A stretch of DNA of 64,000 bases from NCBI RefSeq assembly GCF_009914755.1, contig NC_060935.1. The stretch is one strand, 5' to 3'. The stretch is from the human T2T-CHM13v2.0 reference genome, Homo sapiens. Shown piece after piece: positions 55,700 to 64,000 of this stretch. Position 1 is the first letter of the stretch. Each line of letters opens with the position of its first letter. Made by a program: the position numbers and the translations under genes. The notes beneath the pieces are model-generated. The model saw only the letters and a program-made list of their open reading frames with translations. It searched no databases and was not told where the DNA came from.

Positions 55700-56040
55700 C
55701 ATCTTGTGGGGTGGGGCGGCTTGTGGGGCGGGGCGCCTTGGGAGGCGGGGTGTCTCGGGAAGCGGGGCGTCTCGGGAGGTGGGGTGGCTTGTGGGGTGGG
55801 GCATTTCCTGGGGTGGGGCGTCTCGTGGGGTGGGACAGCTTGGGGGGTGGGGCATCTCGGGAGGCGGGGCGTCTTGTGGGGTAGGGCGGCTTGTGGGGTG
55901 GGGCATCTTGTGGGGTAGGGCGGCTTGTGGGGTGGGGCATCTTGTGGGGTGGGACGGCTTGTGGGGTGGGGCATCTCTGGGGCCCGGCCACTTGGGAGGC
56001 GGGGCATCCTGGGGGCGGGGCATCTCAGAGGGCGCCTCCG
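55700..56040. repeat. G-rich ~17-bp VNTR (GGGGTGGGGCATCTTGT / GGGCGGCTTGT) in CD81 intron 1
   Basis: About 20 degenerate copies. Confidence 0.9.
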
Positions 56041-56894
56041 GAGGCTGGAGTATCTTGGGAGGTGGGAGCAGGTGGCAGAGAGGCTTCCCACAGGTGAGCT
56101 TTGAGCAGGGAGGTGCCTGTATGGATGGCTCTGTGGGGAGAGGGGTGACAGGAGTTCCAGATTCCGGCACTTATGAAACCTCACAGTGATGGAGAGCCGA
56201 GTGCTGCTGTGCAGGCTAAGTTGTGTGCATGTCAGCTTCTGCACTTTTATTTCCTTGTTTGTAGACAAGGCAGAGAGAAGCTGAGATGGGCCTGAGGTCG
56301 CCTTGGTGAAAGGCACTCAGCAGCCAGGGCCTTGGGCTGCCCTCCCTCATCACCGTGAAAGCGGGACTCTCTTTTAACTGACATCGGGCTCCATAGTTAC
56401 TCCAGTCCTAACTTTGATGGATCCTAAAAGTGCACTTCTAAGGACGCGGCTTCGGTGTTTCCCATGCCGCTGCTTGCCCCTGGGAAGCGTTGGCTCTGCC
56501 TCGGAAGAAGTTAGCGCCAAGATGGCAGCCTGGGGTCTTTGGGGCCCAGAAGAAACACTGGCCCCGGGGAGTTCAGTCATCAGGGACTTAGGATGTGGGG
56601 GCTTTTCAAACAGCTTTATTTAGACGTGATTGACACACAGTAAATACAGATGTTTAAGGGTACAACTTGGTAAGTTTTGACAAATTTATACCCCCGTGAA
56701 ACCATCACCAACTCCCCAGGTGCCCCTGGGGCCCTTGGGATCTCTGCTTCCTGCCCCTCCTCCCCGTCCCAGGGCAACCACGGGCCGTCGCTGTGGGTGC
56801 ACACAGCATGCATTTCTTCAACAAGCGGACTCAGAAGGCACTTGCACATCGTTGCTGTTCTGCCTCTTTGCTTCAGCATGATTACCCAGAGGCG

Positions 56895-57080
56895 CACCCG
56901 TGCCGTGGCCTGCCCGTCGTCTATGCACCCGTGCTGTGGCGTGCCCGTCGTCTGTGTGGCATGCCTGTCTGTGCACCCGTGCTGTGGCGTGCCCGTCGTC
57001 TGTGTGGCATGCCTGTCTGTGCACCCGTGCCGTGGCGTGCCCGTCGTCTGTGCACCCGTGCTGTGGTGTGCCCTTCGTCT
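56895..57080. repeat. CpG-rich tandem repeat (GCACCCGTGCTGTGGCGTGCCCGTCGTCTGT) inside an old antisense L1 fragment (~56615-57690)
   Basis: Four or more copies; the flanks carry L1M 3'UTR-like motifs. Confidence 0.8.
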
Positions 57081-59401
57081 GTTCCTTTTATTGCCGGGCA
57101 GGGTTGCACCCACATGTGCAAGCCAGCGACGGACCCCAGGTTCACCCGTTCACCGGTCAGTGGGCATATGGGTTGTTTCAGTTTGGGGCATTTACAAGAA
57201 ACGTTGCTAGAACATTTGTGTACAAGTCTTGTGTGAACCTAAGTTCATTTCTCTTGGGTAAATACCTGTGCGTGGAGCAGCTGGGTCATGTGGTGAATGT
57301 GGGTTTCACTGCTTAAGCAGCAGTTTTACATAACTGCCAAACTGTTATTCAAGGTGGCTGGACCGTTTTACAGCCCCCGTTGTATGCGTCCCAGTTGCCT
57401 CCCCCAGCAGCATGTGGTGTGGTTGGTCTTTTTCGTGGCAGCCAGTCCACTGGGTGCGCTCGGCATGTGGCTGCAGCTTGACCTGGGTTTCCTGGTCCCT
57501 GGCAAGGTGGAGCATCTCTTCATGTGCTTTTTTGCTGTGTGTGGATCTTGCGGGGAAGGGTCTGTTCCTGTTTTTTGCCCATCTTTCAAAGATTGGGTTG
57601 CCAGTTTTCTTGCTGTTGAGTTTGGAAAGCTCTGCATACGTTCAGGGCACAGGTCCTTTACCAGGCTCTGCCCCAGGTCTTTCGGAGAGCAGGTGTCTTT
57701 CGCATTCCTGACTCTGGGGAACCTCTAGCCCTGCCACATGGGGTTTGTTATGGGGCAGGGGCACCTGTGCCTTTCCCACCACGGGGCTTGGGGATTTGGT
57801 GCTGCCATTGCCCTCCCTCGTAGGTGGCCCTAGGGGGGTCCCTCCGCCTCCGTTTCCTCATCCAGAAACCGGCAGTGACCATCACCACCATTGTTGTCAC
57901 CTAGCTCCAGCTCAAGGTCCCTGCTGAAGGTCGGAGAGCTTGGCATGGCCCCGTTTGTCCATGCTAGGGCTGGGAAGACCAAGGCTCAGGTGAGGCCTCT
58001 GCCCAGTGCCTGGCACTCCTTCTTGCCCCATTTTTCCACCCAGGGTGGCTCCCGACTACTTCTGGTAGCCTCGGGGACAGTTGAGGTGGACAGGCTGGCG
58101 TCACCCCCATTTCCGGCTGTCCCTCCCACCCCCTCCTGGCCCAGCTGTTCTGCCCTATTAAAAGTCACATGGGCCCTCGGGTCCTTCCTGGTGTTGGCCC
58201 AGGCTCTTTCAGGCCCTGCAGGCCAGGACCAGCCTTCCCTGCAACCCTCGGCAGAGGCCTGGGGCTGGGGCTTGTCTAGGGGCAGCCTCCCCATACGGCC
58301 CTGGAGTCTGAACAGAAGCCCCTTCCCAGAGCACAGCAAGAAGCTGCAACGTGGCCTGAAGTCCCACCATTAGCAGGTTTGGGGTTTAGGCTGAGCTTTG
58401 CCATCACTACCTTTCTGTTAGGACGGTATGCCCATTAGATGGGATCATCCCCTCAGCGCCCAGGCTAGAGGAGGGGTGGTCCCTGCCCAGCCAGGGAGGG
58501 CTGGGGGTGGATGGGCCTCTACAGAGCAGCTTCCGAGCCAGGCACGGTTCCATGATCAGCTCTGTTTTATAGAGGGGGACACTGAGGAACCGGGAGCCTG
58601 GGGACCTTCCAGTGGCCCCACAGCTCCTGTGGCTGAGTCAGGGTTTGTCACCAGGCCTCTGTGGGGATGAGGCTCCCCCATCCACCTGCCCCACTCTGTC
58701 CTGGAACAGCTCTCAAAACGGTCTCTGGACCACAGTTTCAAAACAAAATAAGCAATGTTTTCAAAGGCCCTGGAGGAAGCCAGAGTTACCACGGCAACTC
58801 TCGGCCTCGCCACCTCCTCCCGCCAGGCTGCATCTGGAGCCAGCTCAGGAGGGCAGCAGGGTGAGGACAGCCAGGCTCTCTGGGGCCACCCCCCAGCCCC
58901 CACCCTTCCTGCCTCTCCTGCACTGTCCACGGCCCTCCCTGTGCTCCCACGGGTATAATGGGCACAGAAGAACCAGGAGCTGTCTGCCCCTGCAGGATTC
59001 TGGAAGCCAGGGGCCCCTGGCCTCCCTGGGGCCTTGTCATGTGAGGGGCACACGTGGGGTCCCAGCTGCCACATGGCTTCCAGCGCTGCCCGCAGGTGTA
59101 TGTTGGGCCCTTGGTGACTCTAATGCACCTTCCACTCGGCACAGAAGAGCTTCAGTCTGGGGCCTGGGCGGGGGAAGTAGGCTGCCATCCTCGCTAAACC
59201 AAAGTGTGAAAATTGAGTTGAAACTCCCATAGGAGGGCAGGAGGCACAGCTCCTCAGAAGAAGGTCTGAGAAACCACAGCCCAGGTTGTTGTGTCGGGTG
59301 TGTGGAGAAGGTGCTCTGGCAGTCCTGCTACAGGGGGACCATCAACAGCCCCTTTGGGGTGAGAGCCCCATGGCTGCTGGCACCAGCAGCCCCTATGAGG
59401 C

Positions 59402-59561
59402 TTATTTTATTTTTGAGACAGGGTCTTGCTCTGTCACCGAGGCTGGAGTGCAGTGGCACAATCATAACTCACTGTAGCCTCAACCTCCTGAGCTCAAGCG
59501 ATCCTCCTGCCTCAGCCTCCAAAGGTGCTGGGATTACAGGCGCTTGCTACCACGCCCAGCC
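59402..59561 (-). mobile_element. Alu monomer / AluJ-FLAM type
   Basis: GAGACAGGGTCTTGCTCTGTC...GCTCAAGCGATCCTCC. Confidence 0.85.
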
Positions 59562-61761
59562 CCCTCTGGCCTTATTGTTTGCCAGGCCCAGCTCAGGTCC
59601 CGGAGGAGGGGAGACAGGAGTGTGAGGGAAAGGGGGAAGAGGTATAGAGCCCCCAGCTCCTCCACCCACCCGAACCCTCACCGAGGCCCTAGACCCTAGA
59701 CCGGCCTGACCGGGGGGTCCTCAGGCCGGGGACTTGGGTGCAGGCCATGGTGCTGGGGCCTGAAGCTCACGCTCTGCTGAGCACAGCCCCCTGCCCAACC
59801 CCACCCTGGGGCCCTGCTTCCCTGGCCAGGGCCATTGGAACAGGAGTGGGGCTGTCCAGGTGGTGTTCTTGGGTCCAGCCCTCAGTTTCTCTTCTGCAGT
59901 TGACCGGCAGCCCTGCATCTGTGGTGGGGTCGGCGCCTGGTGCTGGTGAGGCAAGGCCTCAGCTGCTGGGACAGGACCTGCCTGGCACCCAGCTGGTGGC
60001 AGAGCCAAGCATTCCGACTCAGCTCTGGGAGCAGCTGCCTTCTGGGCTGGCATTCTCCGCCAGGGGGGTTGTGCCCTCGTGGCCCCCCCCGGGTGCCTCC
60101 TCACCTGGCTGATTTCATCTCCTGTCCCCCTGCCTCCTCCTCCAGGAAGCCCCCAGGGCCTGGCCCTCCTTGAGAGTGGCATGGAGGAGGAAGAAGACTC
60201 GCCCAGGCCCATGGGAGTTGGATGGTGGCCGCACTTGTGGGGCCCTGACCCCATAGGCTTCTTCAGCACGCCCTGGCCTGGGTGATCCCTGCCTGAGGGC
60301 TGTGCACGGCTCATCTGCCAGACCAGATTTTAGGGGATTCTTGTACTGTCCTCCTGGAGCAGCAGGGGGTAAAGCCTGACCCACCCAGACTGTCCAGCAA
60401 CAAGGGCCTCCTGCTGTGGGCCAGGGACCCTGGAACTGACCAATTGTGTCCTAGGGACGCAGAGTCCCCAGGCTGCTAGAGGGCTGTGGGGCCCTGTTTC
60501 ATGCCTGAAGCAGGAAGAAACCCCAGGAGAGGTCTGAAGGGGACCCAGCCCCCACCCTGTCTAGCAGGGAGGAGCCTCTGCAAGAGGCCGAGGGGTGCTG
60601 AAGTGGAGGAGGATAGAGGCAGCAGGACTCAGGGTCACTGGTCATTTATGGGGATCACACGGCTGCAGTGTGCCCTGCATGGTGCTAGGCACCAGGGACA
60701 GCAGAGGACAAGCCTGTGTCCTCTCCCACCACCAGAGGGCTGGGCACTGCCCCTAGGGAGAGAGGGGGCCTTGGTGTGTGCAGAGGGGGGCCTGGGGCAC
60801 GTGCCTGGCCTGGTCAGATGATCAGAGTGGGCTGGGCTGGGCCTGGTCTGGGGCCCAGTCTCAAGGGCAGACCCCACCTGGCTAGAGTTGATTGTGTGCA
60901 CACCGGATGACCCGGCGTTGAAGGCCTCTCCTCTCTGTGAGCCTCATCCCCACCTGCCAGACTCCCAGCACAGCCTGCTTCCTGCCCCAGCTGCTGAGCG
61001 ACAGCGCTGGGCCGGCTTCTTAGCGCCCCTTCCCCCAGCCCATCTTGGAAACCACAGCAGTGTCCTTCCTCCCAAGTCCCTTCCCAGGGCTGACATCCCA
61101 CAGCAGGGATGTATCCCACAAACCCCGCAGGCCCTGGTGCCTACAGCTTGGCCTGGTAACATCAAATCCTACCCTCTCCTCCTGGCAGCAAAGATGGGGT
61201 GCCCCCACCCCAGAGTTCTCAGCACCCCCAGACAGAAGCAGTCCCCCAGCGACCTCAGAACTCTTGGGGCGCTGCCACACCCTTGCAGGAGGGGGCAGTG
61301 TTCCTGGGATGCTCAGGTCCTGGTATCACCTCTGGCCAGATACGGAAGGTGAAACTACAGGGCATCCAATTCACCTTGAACTTCAGATAAACACCAGATT
61401 ATTTTTTTGTATGTCCCGTGCAATATTTGGGACACACTTACCCTAAAGAAGTATTCTGTTTTCATCTGAGAGGCAGATTTAACCGGCGTCCCGTGTCTTC
61501 CTGGCAGTCCTGCCCTGGAGTCACACTCCACAGGTGCAGGGCAGGGCCAGGCTCCAAGTAGATGGCGGCCAAAGCACCCGCCCCATGCTCCTGACTCCCG
61601 GGGCTCTTCAGGGCATTGCGAAAACCAGCAGCAGAGCTGACACCTGGTCCCTGCTCGGGAGCCAGCAAGGCAGGAGGCTGCTTAGGCCTTGCGTGTGGGG
61701 TGGGCGCACTCCCTGCTGCAGTGCTCTTCGTACATGTGACACTGTTCCCGCTCTTTCCCAG

Positions 61762-61876
61762 CTGGCTGGAGGCGTGATCCTGGGTGTGGCCCTGTGGCTC
61801 CGCCATGACCCGCAGACCACCAACCTCCTGTATCTGGAGCTGGGAGACAAGCCCGCGCCCAACACCTTCTATGTAG
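61762..61876 (+). CDS. CD81: CD81 exon 2 (LAGGVILGVALWLRHDPQTTNLLYLELGDKPAPNTFYV-G)
   Basis: Acceptor ctctttcccag|CTG and donor GTAG|gtgagt; 115 nt, in frame with exon 1. The gene continues beyond the window. Confidence 0.98.
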
Positions 61877-64000
61877 GTGAGTGCACATGTGGCCGCAGAC
61901 GCATTCAGGGAGGGCTTCTAGGAGGAGGCAGGTCCTAGCCTTTTGGATGGGGACATGGAGGGTGAAAGACAGTCGGGCATGGCGTGTCCGGGCAGGGAGG
62001 CGGCCCTGGAAAGGGCTCTGGGCACAAGGGTTGAGATGGAGGTGGGCCTGTGGCCTGCTGGCCCTTCTGGTCTGAGCCAGGGCAGGGGGTGGCAGCTAGG
62101 CCTGGGCAGGGACTGTGTGGAGACCTTGCTTATTTTAAGTGTGGGGTTATTTCGGGGGAGGCTCCCTGAGAAGGGTGGGGCTGGATGCCTGGGCCACACA
62201 GAGCAGCCGAGGCAGCTGGCGCTGTGGAGCCCGGGAGGGAGGGAGGGATGGAGCTCAAGGGATGGAACCCAGTGAGGGGTGGAGACGGGGCAGGGGAGGG
62301 GTGGAGAGGGGTGGAGACGCCCCAGAGGCGGTGTGACTCAGCTGCCCCTGCAGGCAGCTGCACCTTGCTGCCTTATTAGGCTGCGTGTGGGGGACTGGGC
62401 TGCCCTCCCTGCCCCCAGGAGCAGGAGCAGGAGTGATGGAGGAGGAGGAGGGGAGGGGCAAGGCCAGGAGGAGGAGGAGGGCCATCTCACTGTGCAGAGA
62501 GCAGCACCCTTCCTCCTGGTGCCCCTGGCAGGGCTGGTGCTGGTGGGGCTCTGGGAGCATTTGTTGAGATGCTTCTGGCCTTGAAAGGAGGCCCCTGGGA
62601 TGGCTCTGTTGCCCTCACAGGCTGAGGGGTGGGTGAGGTGGGCAGCCTGTGTGTCCCCAGTCCTCAGGGCTTCCCTCAGCCGGCAGGTGCCCCCAGGCCT
62701 GGAGCTGCAGGGCCAGGCCCCCTGCCAGTTACGGAGGCTGCTTGGCTTGGTTGCTGAACCAGGGCCCCAGGAGGCCGAAATAGCCCCACACCTGCGCCGT
62801 CCCACCTCTTTGTCCAGTCACCCCAGGGCCAGGTGAGGGCCCTGGCCACACAGCGTGCCCGTTCCTTCTTCCCCATGCCCCGCTCATGGGTCAGAGGGCC
62901 GGTGCTGGGGTCCAGATGGTGTCAACAGGGATGGTCCCTGTCCTCCCCAGAGACAGAAGCCTGTGGCCCACGGAGGGTTTCTGGGCCCAGCCGATCCTAG
63001 GGAGGGTCCCATGGCCCTGCCCATAGGTTCCTGGCCTCTCTCGGGGCCGTGGTGCCCTCACAGGTGGTGTCAGGAAGGACGGGAAAGGCTGCTTGTCCCA
63101 GGGGCTCATGTGGAGACCACCCCCTGCACGCAGCTGGGGCGCTCCTGCCTGTGTCCTCAGAAGCACTCGGCTTAGCTTTGCCCATGTGCCTGGGCTGTGG
63201 GTGGCAGAGCCCGGCCAGCATCCTCCGATCTCCAAGGGTGCATCTCTACTGGAGGCCCCTCCTGGGCCTCTTGCTCCCCGCTTCCCAGATCATTAGGATA
63301 TTTGGGGTCCAGAAGGGCCTCCCAGCCATCCTGGGCCTTGTCCTCCGGGGCCACCAGTCCAGCCAGTGACAACCACAGCATCCCCGGCCTGGAACGAGGC
63401 TGCCCCCAGCACGTTCCTCGTACTCCTGTCCAGGGACAGGAGGGGCTGCCCCTGCCACCGAGTCCCCTTCTCCAGGACCTGGGGCCTGTGGGTGTGAGGC
63501 AGGTGTTCTTGGAAGGGGTCACTCTCCAGGCACCCGGCGGCCAAGGCTTGTGGCTGGAGCAGCTCCCGCTGTGGGGTCGGCGTCGGGCCCCGTGTGGCCG
63601 GAGAGGAGCTGAAGGGTCACTTAGCTTCGGGCTGGGGCGAGGACAGGGGACACCCCAGAGAGGTATGCCAGGCCTCCTTCCTGCGCCCCACTCTCGGCAG
63701 AAGCAGAGGTCACAGGCTGTGCTGAGGCCCCATGGTGCTGCCCCCATGATGCCAGGGTGAGGCTGGCGTTGGAAGCAGGTGTCTGACCTGCATGGTGTCA
63801 CCGTGGCCACATCAGAGCTCCAGCCCCAGAGCCGCCCACCCTCGGTCCTTGGCTGTGGTTTCCCTGGGCTGGAGGAGCCTGCCGTTGTGTTGGCCACACG
63901 ACCACAGGACCTGCCACCCCCGACGTGGGCTCTGCCTGGGCCCCCACTGGACAGGGACCCCTTGGAGCTCCTCTGGCCACCAAGTCCTCGCCCATTCCAG

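Noticed and set aside
50259-56316. Long Pro- or Gly-rich ORFs (288, 210, 208, 222 aa)
   Set aside because: Products of G-rich tandem repeats inside intron 1.

Overview
Human (primate) genomic DNA, recognisable as the 11p15.5 CD81 locus. The last ~16 kb hold the CD81 CpG-island promoter, exon 1 (CDS 48918-48983), the 12.8-kb intron 1 and exon 2 (61762-61876). The first ~47 kb are almost entirely transposon-derived. The most informative part is 2.3-14.1 kb, a nested stack of retroelements whose order can be read from target-site duplications (TSDs). An old MLT2 LTR received an LTR10/HERV-IP10-type provirus. The 5' LTR of that provirus received a full-length SVA_F carrying a ~1.5-kb 3' transduction and an ORF-intact RPL26L1 retrocopy. 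Its internal region received a solo LTR10C-like LTR, which received two back-to-back solo HERV-H LTR7s. Further along are a decayed ERVL provirus with nested MaLRs, Alus and MER1A, a hY1 RNA pseudogene, a non-TE minisatellite with an inverted duplication, and G-rich VNTRs in CD81 intron 1. I found no new protein-coding system. The best candidate for undescribed biology is the LTR7 pair / intact RPL26L1 retrocopy / SVA cluster, and its function is only a hypothesis. Repeat subfamily names come from recalled consensus sequences, not from a database search.
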